Below, piece after piece: positions 1 to 10,644 of a stretch of 64,000 nucleotides of DNA. The position numbers and the translations under genes are program-made. How positions within the stretch are numbered: the first letter of the stretch is position 1; each line of letters begins with the position of its first letter. The notes beneath the pieces are model-generated. The model searched no databases. It saw nothing but the letters and a program-made list of their open reading frames with translations, and had not been told where the DNA came from. The DNA comes from a virus: positions 1-64,000 of IMG/VR virus record IMGVR_UViG_3300042402_002055; one strand, given 5' to 3'.

Positions 1-2
1 GT

Positions 3-1418
3 TCTGAAGAGTGGGCTGGTGTGGCATTACCATTGGTAAGAAGAGTTTTCGGAAGCATCGCTTCTAAAGAATTCGTTTCTGTACAACCAATGAACTTGCC
101 TTCAGGTCTTATCTTCTACATGGACTTTAAATATGGTTCAAACCCAGCGGGTAATCCAAACTTTACTGGTTCTTCATTGTTCGGTAATAGTGGAACTTTT
201 GGTAAAGATTCTTTAGATGCAAACACAAACAAATTAGGTTCAACTCAAGCAGCTGAAGGTGGTTTGTATGGTGCAGGTAGATTCGGATACACTATCAATA
301 ATCAAACATCTGCTGTAGTTGCAACTATTGCTTCTGCATCTTTAGCAGACCTTTCTTATGATTTATCTGATTCTACTGTTTCTGCATCTTATGCAGCTGA
401 CAAATTAAGAAAATTAACGGTAGCATTACCTGCAGGTGCAGATTGGAATGGTGTAAGAGCATTTGAATTAATTCATTCTGGTTCTGGATATGTAACAATT
501 CCTGAATTGACGGTTAAAAATGGTTCAAACGTATCATTTGTTGCATCGTATACTTCGGCTAACCCATTAGCAGGTTTTGCAACAGTTGGTACAACTTTGT
601 ATTACCACGCTCAACCTACAGCAGCTTTAAGAGGTGACTTCGAAGATAGAGGTAATGATTTAGCTATCCCAGAAATCGAATTAGAATTGAAATCTGAGCC
701 TATCGTTGCTAAGACAAGAAAATTAAAAGCTATTTGGACTCCTGAATTAGCTCAAGACTTAAACGCTTACCATAGTGTAGACGCTGAAGCTGAGTTAACT
801 CAAATGTTGTCTGAGTACATCTCTTTAGAAATCGACTTAGAAATCTTAGAAATGTTACAACAAAATGCTTTCACAACTGACTACTGGTCTTCTAAAGTAG
901 GATATGACTGGAATGGTGCTGGATTCTCTATTGATTCTTCAGCAGCAGCAGCATCTGCTTACACTAAGAGTACTTGGTATCAAACTTTAGGTATCAAATT
1001 ACAAAAGGTATCTAACAAAATCCATCAGTTAACAATGAGAGGTGGTGCTAACTTCGTAGTAGTATCTCCAAACGTTGCAACTATATTGGAATCAATGAAT
1101 GGTTTCTCTGCTAACCCAGGTAAAGACGCTTTATCTTTCGCAGCAGGTGTTTCTAACATCGGTTCTATCTCTAACAGATATGACGTTTACAAAAACCCAT
1201 ACATGACTGAGAACGTATTATTAATGGGCTTCAAAGGTTCTAACTTCTTCGAAACAGGAGCAGTTTACGCACCATATGTACCATTGATTATGACTCCATT
1301 AGTTTATGACCCAACTAACTTCACTCCAAGAAGAGGTGTTATGACTAGATATGCTAAGAAAATCGTAAGACCTGAGTTCTACGGTAAGATTATCATTGAT
1401 GGTTTAGACACTCTTTAA
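3..1418 (+). CDS. Major capsid protein, T4 gp23-like (5' truncated by window)
   Basis: VQPMNLPSGLIFYMDFKY, AKTRKLKAIWTPELAQDLNAYHS.DAEAEL, YAPYVPL and GVMTRYA are gp23-family motifs; the frame is open upstream of position 21. Confidence 0.95.
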   Translation, partial: SEEWAGVALPLVRRVFGSIASKEFVSVQPMNLPSGLIFYMDFKYGSNPAGNPNFTGSSLFGNSGTFGKDSLDANTNKLGSTQAAEGGLYGAGRFGYTINNQTSAVVATIASASLADLSYDLSDSTVSASYAADKLRKLTVALPAGADWNGVRAFELIHSGSGYVTIPELTVKNGSNVSFVASYTSANPLAGFATVGTTLYYHAQPTAALRGDFEDRGNDLAIPEIELELKSEPIVAKTRKLKAIWTPELAQDLNAYHSVDAEAELTQMLSEYISLEIDLEILEMLQQNAFTTDYWSSKVGYDWNGAGFSIDSSAAAASAYTKSTWYQTLGIKLQKVSNKIHQLTMRGGANFVVVSPNVATILESMNGFSANPGKDALSFAAGVSNIGSISNRYDVYKNPYMTENVLLMGFKGSNFFETGAVYAPYVPLIMTPLVYDPTNFTPRRGVMTRYAKKIVRPEFYGKIIIDGLDTL

Positions 1419-1460
1419 TCTTTGAGTAGATTAGATAAGTAATAGACTTACAATAAAAGA

Positions 1461-1492
1461 AAAAGGGAGAGTAGAAATACTTTCCCTTTTTT
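1461..1492 (+). terminator. Rho-independent terminator after capsid gene
   Basis: AAAAGGGAGAGTA-GAAA-TACTTTCCCTTTT hairpin followed by a T run. Confidence 0.85.
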
Positions 1493-1497
1493 GTTTT

Positions 1498-1506
1498 ATA
1501 TTTATA
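1498..1506 (+). promoter_or_regulatory. Putative phage late promoter ATATTTATA (first of about 15 copies)
   Basis: Motif recurs shortly upstream of starts at 2200, 5986, 7244, 11267, 15530, 21338, 22350, 24110, 27128, 28901, 31138, 32771, 35660, 42445, 47422. Confidence 0.7.
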
Positions 1507-1521
1507 GTAAATTATAATACA

Positions 1522-2181
1522 ATGTCATACCCTGAACCACGTTATCATAGACAAGAAACTGCAAAAGAATATACAAAAATTTATACATTACGACAAGAAG
1601 ATGGTATGTTGGGATATATTTCAGCAGGCCAATTTGCAACAACCGGGTCAAACGAATTAATAGGAACACAAATTATAAGTGGTAGTTTACAATTGAGTGG
1701 TTCGTTATATGTTAATGGTCATAAACAATATAATTATGGCCAATTCTACGATTTAAATTCACAAAGCGGTTCATCTGGTTCTATTCAATCAATGCAAATT
1801 AGAACGACAGACTTATCAAACGGAGTATCAATAGTAAGTGGTTCACAAATAAAAGTAGAAAATGCAGGAGTTTATAATTTACAATTTAGTGCTCAATTAG
1901 AAAATACTGCAAATGTTAATATAGTATTTTATATTTGGTTTGCAAAAAACGGAGAAAATATTCCAAATTCAAACACACATGTTGATGTTGCAAAAGCACA
2001 ATCGGCACATTTGGGTAAACAAGTAGCTGCTTGGAATTTTATATTTGATTTGGAAGCAAACGATTATGTTCAAATAAAATGGTCGTCTGATAATAATGGT
2101 GGAATATTACATTATGATGCAGGAACACCATCAATTCCAGGAACACCATCGGTAATTACAACGATTACACAGATAGCATAA
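1522..2181 (+). CDS. Putative virion decoration protein with C-terminal C1q/TNF-like beta-sandwich
   Basis: Follows the capsid gene; shares the ATTGSN...GTQ..SGS fibre motif; IKVENAGVYNLQFSAQL...LEANDYVQI resembles a C1q/BclA-CTD domain. Confidence 0.5.
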   Translation: MSYPEPRYHRQETAKEYTKIYTLRQEDGMLGYISAGQFATTGSNELIGTQIISGSLQLSGSLYVNGHKQYNYGQFYDLNSQSGSSGSIQSMQIRTTDLSNGVSIVSGSQIKVENAGVYNLQFSAQLENTANVNIVFYIWFAKNGENIPNSNTHVDVAKAQSAHLGKQVAAWNFIFDLEANDYVQIKWSSDNNGGILHYDAGTPSIPGTPSVITTITQIA

Positions 2182-2233
2182 CATTCTTTTTTTATTCTTA
2201 TATTTATAGTAGTAAAACTATAAATTTTAAGTA

Positions 2234-3445
2234 ATGTCTGTAAACACATATTGGACGGGTTCATCTGCATCAGAATTTTCATCATCGGTCGTATTATCAA
2301 TTGCAACTCCATTTGGATTGTATGATAGTGATACTGATTTTAGAAACGATGCTCCAAAAACAGCAACTTGGGTAGCTAGAAGATTGGGTTATCCTATTGT
2401 AAATATTGAATTAGATAATCAACAAATTTGGGCATGTTTTGAAGAATCAGTTTCCGAATATTCCGCACAAGTTAATCAATTTAATATTAGAAATAATATT
2501 GACATTCTAAGAGGACAACCTAAAGGTAAAGTTTCAAATTATTCACAAACACTTGTAGATGGTTCATTTTTACCAACTGCAGTTCGTATGTCTCAACAAT
2601 ATGGAACTTTGGCAGGAGTTGGTGGTAATACTGCAGTTAAAAAGGCATATGTAAATTTAACATCATCTGTTCAAATATATGATTTAATAAATAATGCATA
2701 TGATGCAACAACTGGAAATAGTATTTCATCATCGTTATCAGGTTCAGCATCGACAATAGATGTATTCAAAGTATATCATGAAGCAGTTCCTGCAATTACA
2801 AGATTCTTTGACCCATATTCAGTAGGTGCACAAGGTACATTGAATTTAATGAGTGAATTAGGATTTGGTAATTTTTCACCTGCTGCACAATTCTTAATGA
2901 TGCCAATATATGAGGATGTATTGAGAATGCAACAAATTGAATTTAATGACCATATTAGAAAATCAACATTTAGTTTTAATATAGTAGATAATAAATTAGA
3001 AATATTTCCAGTTCCAACTGGTATGGGAAAAACCAGAGTTTATTTTGAATATATTAGTAGAGATGAATTTGAACACGATTCACAAACCATTCAAGCTGAT
3101 TCACTTTCCGACTATTCCGACATTCCATATGATTTTATTCAATATGCAAGTATAAATGATGTGGGTAAACAATGGATTAGAAAATATACTTTAGCACTTG
3201 CAAAAGAATTATTAGGAGCAATTAGAGAAAAGTATAGTTCAGTTCCAATTCCAGATGGTGAATTACAATTAGATGGTGCAGCATTGAGAGCAGAAGCTCA
3301 AGTTGAGAAAGATATGTTAGTTGAACAACTTAGAGGAAATTTAGAAGAAATGAGTAGAAAAAATGTGATGGAAAATAAAGCACATGAATCTACACACCAC
3401 CAAGAGATGTTAAGAAAAGTTCCTTTAAAATTATATGTAGGATAA
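2234..3445 (+). CDS. Neck/head-tail adaptor, T4 gp13-like
   Basis: RRLGYPIVNIELDNQQI and WIRKYTLALAKELLG.IR.KY motifs; synteny. Confidence 0.8.
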   Translation: MSVNTYWTGSSASEFSSSVVLSIATPFGLYDSDTDFRNDAPKTATWVARRLGYPIVNIELDNQQIWACFEESVSEYSAQVNQFNIRNNIDILRGQPKGKVSNYSQTLVDGSFLPTAVRMSQQYGTLAGVGGNTAVKKAYVNLTSSVQIYDLINNAYDATTGNSISSSLSGSASTIDVFKVYHEAVPAITRFFDPYSVGAQGTLNLMSELGFGNFSPAAQFLMMPIYEDVLRMQQIEFNDHIRKSTFSFNIVDNKLEIFPVPTGMGKTRVYFEYISRDEFEHDSQTIQADSLSDYSDIPYDFIQYASINDVGKQWIRKYTLALAKELLGAIREKYSSVPIPDGELQLDGAALRAEAQVEKDMLVEQLRGNLEEMSRKNVMENKAHESTHHQEMLRKVPLKLYVG

Positions 3446-3446
3446 T

Positions 3447-3902
3447 ATGCCAAAATTTGCAGTCGGTAGAGATATCGAATTATTTAAGAGTTTTGCCAGA
3501 GAAGTGGTAGACGATGTTGTAGAAAACATTGCAGTTTTGTTTAAAGTAAATTTGAATGAAACTAAAGTAAACCTATATGGTGAATCTACAAATAAAACAT
3601 GGTATCCAGGAGTAGAATTAAATGTACTAATCAACAAATCAGGCCAATCTGCAGGATATGAAGGATTTGGTTCGGATGTATCACAAAATGTAGAATTTAG
3701 ATTTGATAGATGGATGTTAGAGGAAAAAAATACATACCCAGAAATTGGTGATATCATTTTCTTTGACCAATCTTATTATGAAATCGATAACACTACTGAA
3801 GTTCAATATGTAGGTGGATTACCATCTAACAATTTTAGTGTAGTATGTTCTACATTTATGGTAAGAAAATCGTCTTTAAACATTGAAGAAAGAGTAAAAT
3901 AA
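3447..3902 (+). CDS. Neck/head-closure protein, gp14-like
   Basis: Lies between gp13-like and gp15-like genes; NLYGES and PEIGDIIFF..SYYEI motifs. Confidence 0.6.
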   Translation: MPKFAVGRDIELFKSFAREVVDDVVENIAVLFKVNLNETKVNLYGESTNKTWYPGVELNVLINKSGQSAGYEGFGSDVSQNVEFRFDRWMLEEKNTYPEIGDIIFFDQSYYEIDNTTEVQYVGGLPSNNFSVVCSTFMVRKSSLNIEERVK

Positions 3903-3903
3903 T

Positions 3904-5016
3904 ATGTCTACAAACCCACTTAGGAAAGACCTAAATAGAGCAGAGCAAGTCAAAGTTACTAAACAAGATTTGAAACAGAGTGTATCTCTTTTTGATATAG
4001 ACTATGCAATGATGTCTTATTTAGAAGAAACTGCATTACCAAAATTGGACGATAATGGTAAGTCAATAAGTATACCAGTTATCTATGGTAATTCGGAAAG
4101 ATGGAAGGGTGCACAAAGAGATGGTATTTTTAGAGATAACAAAGGTAGAATACAATTACCCTTAATGATGATTCGTAGAAACTCAATCTCAAAAGATGAG
4201 TCTATGCCAATGTTAAATCGTCATGTGTCATACCCAACGGTTACTAAATGGTCTAAGGATAATAGATACGATAGATTTAGTTTATTAGGTTCTGCAGTAA
4301 AACCAAAATATGAATTGTATAATATAACAATGCCTCAATATGTGGAAGTTACTTATCAATGTATGGCTTGGACTGCATATACTGAACATTTAAATAAGGT
4401 AATAGAACAATTACAATTTGCAGGTAGTTTCTGGGGAGATAAAGATAAATTCAAATTCAAAGTAACTATGTCCGATTTTGAAGTTATAAACGAAGTTGGA
4501 GAAGGAACGGAAAGAATAAATAGAATTGAATTTTCATTAGCAGTTAAAGCATATTTACTTCCAGAAAAATTTGACGGAGAAAATACTATTAAAAAGTCAT
4601 TCTCAACTAAAAGAGTTGTTATGTCTACGGAAGTTGATATTACAAGTGGTACTGGTAGATTAGAAGGAATATTGACTACACCATCACCATACTACGACAA
4701 TAAAGATTTAATTGATTACTTATCAATTAACAATAACTTGTCACAAAACCCAACAATGGATAATACTATAACATTTCAAAATATAAAGTTAATTGCAACA
4801 CCAACAACATTATCCTATGTGGTGACATCCGGTGTCGATATTGATGATGTGTTATATGATTTGAAACTTTATATAAATGGTGTAAGATATTATGACCAAA
4901 CACATTTTACTGCATCTTATTCTAATTATAATTTGACATTTAATTTTACTACACCATTTGATGTAGATAGTGGGGATGAAATTGTAATTGTAGGTAAATT
5001 TATTGAATTAACATAA
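3904..5016 (+). CDS. Tail terminator/sheath stabiliser, gp15-like, with C-terminal extension
   Basis: IPVIYGNSERWK...LPLMMIRR motif; synteny. Confidence 0.65.
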   Translation: MSTNPLRKDLNRAEQVKVTKQDLKQSVSLFDIDYAMMSYLEETALPKLDDNGKSISIPVIYGNSERWKGAQRDGIFRDNKGRIQLPLMMIRRNSISKDESMPMLNRHVSYPTVTKWSKDNRYDRFSLLGSAVKPKYELYNITMPQYVEVTYQCMAWTAYTEHLNKVIEQLQFAGSFWGDKDKFKFKVTMSDFEVINEVGEGTERINRIEFSLAVKAYLLPEKFDGENTIKKSFSTKRVVMSTEVDITSGTGRLEGILTTPSPYYDNKDLIDYLSINNNLSQNPTMDNTITFQNIKLIATPTTLSYVVTSGVDIDDVLYDLKLYINGVRYYDQTHFTASYSNYNLTFNFTTPFDVDSGDEIVIVGKFIELT

Positions 5017-5345
5017 TGAAAAGAACATTATTAGATATAACTCAAAAGATGTTCAGAAAACCTGGAAATGCAATATTAACTCCAAAAGATTTATCACATC
5101 CTGATTATTGGATTTTTGAAGCTACTGGTTGGAGATTTGTAGATATATTGAGAGAAATAGAATTAAGAGAATCACAAGATAGATTAAGGGTTTATATAAA
5201 TACTCAAAACATAAGTGCAAGAGATTATATAGTTGAACAGGGTGGTACTGGATTGTTATTGAAATTTAAAAGAGATAGTTTTGGATATCAATTGGACTCA
5301 CAAGATTTTATTGAAATTAAAGGTGACATAGAAAGATATGCTTAG
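5016..5345 (+). CDS. Hypothetical virion protein
   Basis: Translationally coupled ORF in the structural module. Confidence 0.6.
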   Translation: MKRTLLDITQKMFRKPGNAILTPKDLSHPDYWIFEATGWRFVDILREIELRESQDRLRVYINTQNISARDYIVEQGGTGLLLKFKRDSFGYQLDSQDFIEIKGDIERYA

Positions 5346-5982
5346 ACAATTTAATTCAAATAGTAGAAAACTAAATAGAGTAATCAAACAAATCAATTTA
5401 AACAATTTGAGTGGTTCTGGATATTTGGATAATATATTAAGTGATTATACTTCACAAATAAATTTTTCGGCATCAATAGACGGAAGGGGAACTATATTAA
5501 ATCCACTATCAGAAATAGAAACTGGTTCTGCCGGTCAAAATGGTTATTCAAATTTACCAAATGAATTAAGTGCATCGATTGAATATGTGTACAAACCATC
5601 ATTTGATGCAAGAATACCGACTAAATTTAGTAGTAGAACAAAATCAAATCAAAATTCTATTAAATTAGTAAATAATAAAAATAAAATAAATAATTTTTAT
5701 CAAGAGATATTACAACATAGTGCAAGAATGGTTGAAAGACAAATTGACGAATTTAACAACTCAGAAAATACACTTACAATTTACAATGTTAGTTTAGATT
5801 ATGGAACCGAAGGTGCATCATCGGATAACTTTGAAGTTTTAGTTTATGGTTTACATATTCCTGGAGATTATACCATTACCCAAATTGGAAATAATGTAGT
5901 TGTAAAATTGAATGATGAATATATAGATTTTGATTCTGTCACAATAAATGATATTTATGTTATAGGCAAATTAAAAGAATAA
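5338..5982 (+). CDS. Hypothetical virion protein
   Basis: Overlapping ORF in the structural operon; contains SGS/SAS motifs. Confidence 0.6.
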   Translation: MLRQFNSNSRKLNRVIKQINLNNLSGSGYLDNILSDYTSQINFSASIDGRGTILNPLSEIETGSAGQNGYSNLPNELSASIEYVYKPSFDARIPTKFSSRTKSNQNSIKLVNNKNKINNFYQEILQHSARMVERQIDEFNNSENTLTIYNVSLDYGTEGASSDNFEVLVYGLHIPGDYTITQIGNNVVVKLNDEYIDFDSVTINDIYVIGKLKE

Positions 5983-5998
5983 AAGATATTTATAAATA

Positions 5999-7192
5999 AT
6001 GGCAAGTTTAATAAGATTAAAACAAATAGAAAGTGGTTCTTCGTTACAAGATGCAGCCGATATCGGACAAGATTTTAGTTCGTCTGTATTTGAAATTATA
6101 GATGGAGCAGGTTTGTTTTCATCATCTGCACAAGTCAATTTAGTTTCGGCATCTAATTATGATGGATTTGTTGTTCAATTGGATATGACAATGAGTAGTG
6201 ATTTGGAAGCATCAATAATAAGTTCGTCAATTTCACAATCAGTTGCATTATTATCTCAAACATATGTTACAACTGCATCATTGGATACATTAAGTTCTTC
6301 ATTGGCAGTAACAGATAGTCAAAGTTTATATTTGATTGGATTATTAAGTTCATCCGTTCAGGCAACTACTGGAGACTTTAGTTCATCTGTTGCATCTCAA
6401 TTTAGTAGTTCTTACGCAACGATTTACTCAATCAGTTCTTCAATGAATACAACTATAAATGATTTAAGTTCTTCAGTTGCAACTTCTTTGAGTGCGTCAG
6501 AAGCTGGCCAATTGGAATTAAGTGGAGCAATTGCAACCACAATAACAAACTTAAGTTCATCATTTGATACAACTATTGACAATCTAAGTTCTTCTATATT
6601 CACATCATTAAGTGCATCGGAAGCTGGACAAACTGCATTAAGTGGAGCAATTTCGACAACTATTGACAATCTAAGTTCTTCTATATTCACATCATTAAGT
6701 GCATCGGAAGCTGGACAAACTGCATTAAGTGGAGCAATTTCGACAACTATAACAAACTTAAGTTCTTCAGTTGCAACTTCATTGAGTGCATCGGAAGCAA
6801 ATATAATTTCAATCAGTTCTTCTATCAATACATCAATTAGTAGTAGTGATGCAAGATTTGCAGGATTTAGTAGTTCAATTGATACCACGATATTGAATAA
6901 GATAAATGCAGTTGGTGTAATTAGTTCTTCTGCACAATTAACAGGTGCAACATTGAAGGGTATTACGATAGCACCGGTGGATTCCGATTCTTACTCATTA
7001 ATTATAAGTGGTGCATTGGCAGTAGTAAACGCAACTGGATTACAAGATGGCACGTTTGGAGATACGGATTCGACAGTTCCAGCTCAAATTTACTTAGATG
7101 GAAATCCAACAACAGCATCGGTTCCACCACCGCCAGACCCATCAACAAATAATCAACCTAATTCAAATCAGATAGATATGGGTGAATTTTAA
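5999..7192 (+). CDS. Ser-rich coiled-coil fibre/whisker protein
   Basis: 29-aa repeats, very high Ser content, late motif at 5986. Confidence 0.6.
   Translation: MASLIRLKQIESGSSLQDAADIGQDFSSSVFEIIDGAGLFSSSAQVNLVSASNYDGFVVQLDMTMSSDLEASIISSSISQSVALLSQTYVTTASLDTLSSSLAVTDSQSLYLIGLLSSSVQATTGDFSSSVASQFSSSYATIYSISSSMNTTINDLSSSVATSLSASEAGQLELSGAIATTITNLSSSFDTTIDNLSSSIFTSLSASEAGQTALSGAISTTIDNLSSSIFTSLSASEAGQTALSGAISTTITNLSSSVATSLSASEANIISISSSINTSISSSDARFAGFSSSIDTTILNKINAVGVISSSAQLTGATLKGITIAPVDSDSYSLIISGALAVVNATGLQDGTFGDTDSTVPAQIYLDGNPTTASVPPPPDPSTNNQPNSNQIDMGEF
6569..6750 (+). repeat. Exact 87-bp tandem repeat (29 aa), two full copies
   Basis: ACAACTAT unit starts at 6569, 6656 and 6743. Confidence 0.9.
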
Positions 7193-7288
7193 TATAATTG
7201 AAAAAAAAACTAAAATAAAAAATAGGATTTCATAATAAAAATCATATTTATTACCGAATAACCTTAATTAAGAGAATAACAATACAAT

Positions 7289-10200
7289 ATGGCACAAATC
7301 ATTAGACACAGACGTGGTAGTTTAGAAGCCCTTTCGGCAGCAACCTCATCGTTTCAAAAAGGTGAATTAATAATCGTATCAGGTTCGTCAAACATTACAG
7401 CAACCAATGGTTCTGGTATGGTGTTTGCAGCCGTAGAAAGTGGTTCGATACAAGCAGTAAATAGATTTATGATTGGTGATAACGCACCAAACACATTTGC
7501 TTCAAGTACATACAACGGATTAGTTAAAGGTGTTCCTTACTACGCGAGTGGTAGTTCAACTTTATATTTACTTGGTTCTGACGGAAATGATATTCCAGAT
7601 TTAACAGGTAACATTAGTAACTTCAGTGCATCAGTAGTAACATCATTCTCAGCAAGTAATGCAAGTATAACTTCATTATCTGCTTCAGTTGCTTCGGTAA
7701 CTGGTGATTTTAGTTCTTCAGTTGCAACTTCATTCTCTGCAAGTAATGCAAGTATAGTTGCTTTATCTGCTTCAGTTGCTTCGGTAACGGGAGATTTTAG
7801 TTCTTCAGTTGCAACTTCATTTAGTGCAAGTGAGGCTAGTTTAACTGCATTATCTGCATCGGTTGCATCAGTAACAGGAGATTTTAGTTCTTCAGTTGCT
7901 CAAACATTTACAACTCAAAGTCAAAGAATTTCTTCGTTAGAATCATTTAGTGGTTCTCAATTGACTCAAAATAGTGATTTAGCAACTATTACCGGTTCAT
8001 TGATTAGTTCAGCATCAGCTGCTAAGACAACAAATGACTCACAAGATGTTTCTATAACAAACTTAAATTCATTTAGTGCAAGTACAATAACTTCACTTAC
8101 GGAATTAAATTCATATTCATCTTCATTAAAACAAGCATTTACTGCAAGTGGTACAAGTGTAACATTTAGTGGTGATGTAACTATTCCTGGTAACTTTACA
8201 GTTAGAGGTACTCAAACTATTGTAGATTCTACAACTGTTCAATTGGGTGATAATATTATCGAATTAAATGGTTCATCGGTAGCAAATGGTGGATTATATG
8301 TAAAAGATGCAACCGCACCAAATACTGAAACTGGTTCAATAATTTGGGATTCTACAAATGACTACTGGAAGGCGGGAGTTAAAGATTCTGAATCTAAAGT
8401 TCTTTTAGCCGGTGGAGATAGTGTAGTTAGTGGTTCATCACAAATTACTATTTCTAATACAACCGGATTTACTGATTATAGTGGTTCGGTTTCTGCATCA
8501 TTAGCAGAAATAACTGCAAATGTTGGTAGTGGTGTAGGAGTTTCAATAACAAATTTAAACTCATTTAGTTCTTCTACATTAGGTAGATTATCTAATATAG
8601 AATCATTCAGTTCTTCGGCTGATACAAGATTTACTGAAATTGGAGTTGTTAGTGGAAGTTTAATTACTTCAGCATCGGCAGCAAAAACAACAAATGACAC
8701 ACAAGATGGTAGATTAACAAACTTAGAAGCAACTTCTGCAAGTGTTAATACATCGGTTTCAAATTTAAATTCAACAACTGCAAGTTTAAACACTTCGGTA
8801 TCTGCTTTAAATAGTTCATCTGAATCACAACAAATTAGTATAGATGCATTAAACACATTTAGTGGTTCTACATTGGGTAGATTAACAAACTTAGAATCAA
8901 CTTCTGCAAGTGTTAATACGTCAGTTTCTAATTTAAATACATTTAGTGGTTCATCTTTAATTAGATTTACAAACTTAGAATCTACATCAGCGAGTGTAAA
9001 TGATTCAATTGCGGCTTTAAATTCTTATACATCTTCTAATACTTCTACAACCGCATTAAATGCACATACTGCATCTGCAAACGAAAGATTTACTGAAATA
9101 GGTGTAGTAAGTGGTTCATTGATTAGTTCAGCATCAGCTGCTAAGATAACAAATGACTCACAAGATGTTTCAATAAGTAATTTAAACACATTTAGTGGTT
9201 CTCAGTTAACTCAAAATTCAACTTTAGCAACTTATACAGGTTCGGTTGAAACAAGATTAACAGAAATTGGAGTTGTAAGTGGAAGTTTAATTTCTTCAGC
9301 ATCAGCTGCTAAGATAACAAATGACTCACAAGATGTTTCAATAACAAACATAAATTCATTTACACAATCATTCTCTCAATCAGTTGCAACTGACTTCAGT
9401 GCAAGTGATGCTAGATTAGATGTAATTGAAGCTTCTTTAGGTGGTGGTGGTTCATTGGGTAGTAGAGTACTTGCATTAGAAACATCTTCTGCAAACTTAA
9501 ATACTTTCTCTGCAAGTGTATTAACACAATTAACTGAAATAGGAGTTGTAAGTGGTTCATTGATTAGTTCAGCATCAGCTGCTAAAACTACAAATGACTC
9601 ACAAGATGTTTCAATAAGTAATTTAAATACATTTAGTGGTTCATCTTTAACTAGATTATCAAATTTAGAATCTACCTCAGCAAGTTTAAATACTTCAGTA
9701 AGTAATTTAAATTCTACAACTGCAAGTTTAAATACATCGGTAAGTAATTTAAATTCTACAACTGCAAGTTTAAATACTTCCGTTGCAGAATTAAACTCTT
9801 ATTCATCTTCATTAAAATCTGCATTTGAATTTACAGGTTCTAATGTAGTAGTATTAGGTGATTTAACTGTTAAAGGTACAACTACCGCAGTAGAATCTAC
9901 AACTATCCAATTAGGTGATAACATCATCGAATTAAATGGTACAGGTGTAGCAAATGGTGGATTATTAGTTAAAGACCCAACTGCACCAAATACGGTAAGT
10001 GGTTCTTTACTTTGGGATTCTACAAACGACTATTGGAAGGCAGGAGCATTAGGAGCTGAAAGTAAATTATTAAGACAAGATGGTGATTCAGTAGTAAGTG
10101 GTTCATCACAAATTACAATTTCATCAACAACTGGATTTGACACATTTAGTGGCTCGATATCAACTGACTTTAGTGCAAGTAATGCAAGTATCACTTCATT

Positions 10201-10615
10201 ATCTGCAAGTGTTGCAAGTGTAACCGGAGACTTTAGTTCATCAGTAGCAACTTCATTCTCTGCAAGTAACGCAAGTATCACTGCATTATCTGCAAGTGTT
10301 GCAAGTGTAACCGGAGACTTTAGTTCATCGGTAGCAACTTCATTCTCTGCAAGTGCAGCATCTCAATTATCATTGAGTTCTTCATTCGCAACTTCACAAG
10401 GAGTACAAGATGGTAGATTAGATTTATTAGAAACATCAACTGGAAGTTTAAATTTATTTACTTCTTCGATTGATACTACTATTAAAACTAAATTAGACGC
10501 TGAAACGGTTGTAAGTGGTTCATCACAAATAGACATAACTGCAACTACCGGATTTACTACATTTAGTTCATCAATTGAAACAAGAATTTCATTAATAGAC
10601 GGAGGAACGTATTAA
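7289..10615 (+). CDS. Long fibre protein with Mtd-N-like anchor, coiled-coil repeats and a duplicated globular domain
   Basis: N-term IRHRRGS...FQKGEL; the QLGDNIIELNG...WDSTNDYWKAG domain occurs twice; 87-bp repeats at 7655/7742 and 10178/10265. Confidence 0.7.
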   Translation: MAQIIRHRRGSLEALSAATSSFQKGELIIVSGSSNITATNGSGMVFAAVESGSIQAVNRFMIGDNAPNTFASSTYNGLVKGVPYYASGSSTLYLLGSDGNDIPDLTGNISNFSASVVTSFSASNASITSLSASVASVTGDFSSSVATSFSASNASIVALSASVASVTGDFSSSVATSFSASEASLTALSASVASVTGDFSSSVAQTFTTQSQRISSLESFSGSQLTQNSDLATITGSLISSASAAKTTNDSQDVSITNLNSFSASTITSLTELNSYSSSLKQAFTASGTSVTFSGDVTIPGNFTVRGTQTIVDSTTVQLGDNIIELNGSSVANGGLYVKDATAPNTETGSIIWDSTNDYWKAGVKDSESKVLLAGGDSVVSGSSQITISNTTGFTDYSGSVSASLAEITANVGSGVGVSITNLNSFSSSTLGRLSNIESFSSSADTRFTEIGVVSGSLITSASAAKTTNDTQDGRLTNLEATSASVNTSVSNLNSTTASLNTSVSALNSSSESQQISIDALNTFSGSTLGRLTNLESTSASVNTSVSNLNTFSGSSLIRFTNLESTSASVNDSIAALNSYTSSNTSTTALNAHTASANERFTEIGVVSGSLISSASAAKITNDSQDVSISNLNTFSGSQLTQNSTLATYTGSVETRLTEIGVVSGSLISSASAAKITNDSQDVSITNINSFTQSFSQSVATDFSASDARLDVIEASLGGGGSLGSRVLALETSSANLNTFSASVLTQLTEIGVVSGSLISSASAAKTTNDSQDVSISNLNTFSGSSLTRLSNLESTSASLNTSVSNLNSTTASLNTSVSNLNSTTASLNTSVAELNSYSSSLKSAFEFTGSNVVVLGDLTVKGTTTAVESTTIQLGDNIIELNGTGVANGGLLVKDPTAPNTVSGSLLWDSTNDYWKAGALGAESKLLRQDGDSVVSGSSQITISSTTGFDTFSGSISTDFSASNASITSLSASVASVTGDFSSSVATSFSASNASITALSASVASVTGDFSSSVATSFSASAASQLSLSSSFATSQGVQDGRLDLLETSTGSLNLFTSSIDTTIKTKLDAETVVSGSSQIDITATTGFTTFSSSIETRISLIDGGTY

Positions 10616-10644
10616 TAATAAACAGAAAGAATAAATAAAAATAT

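Noticed and set aside
6569-10360. CRISPR array
   Set aside because: The repeats are in-frame coding tandem repeats without unique spacers; no cas genes are present
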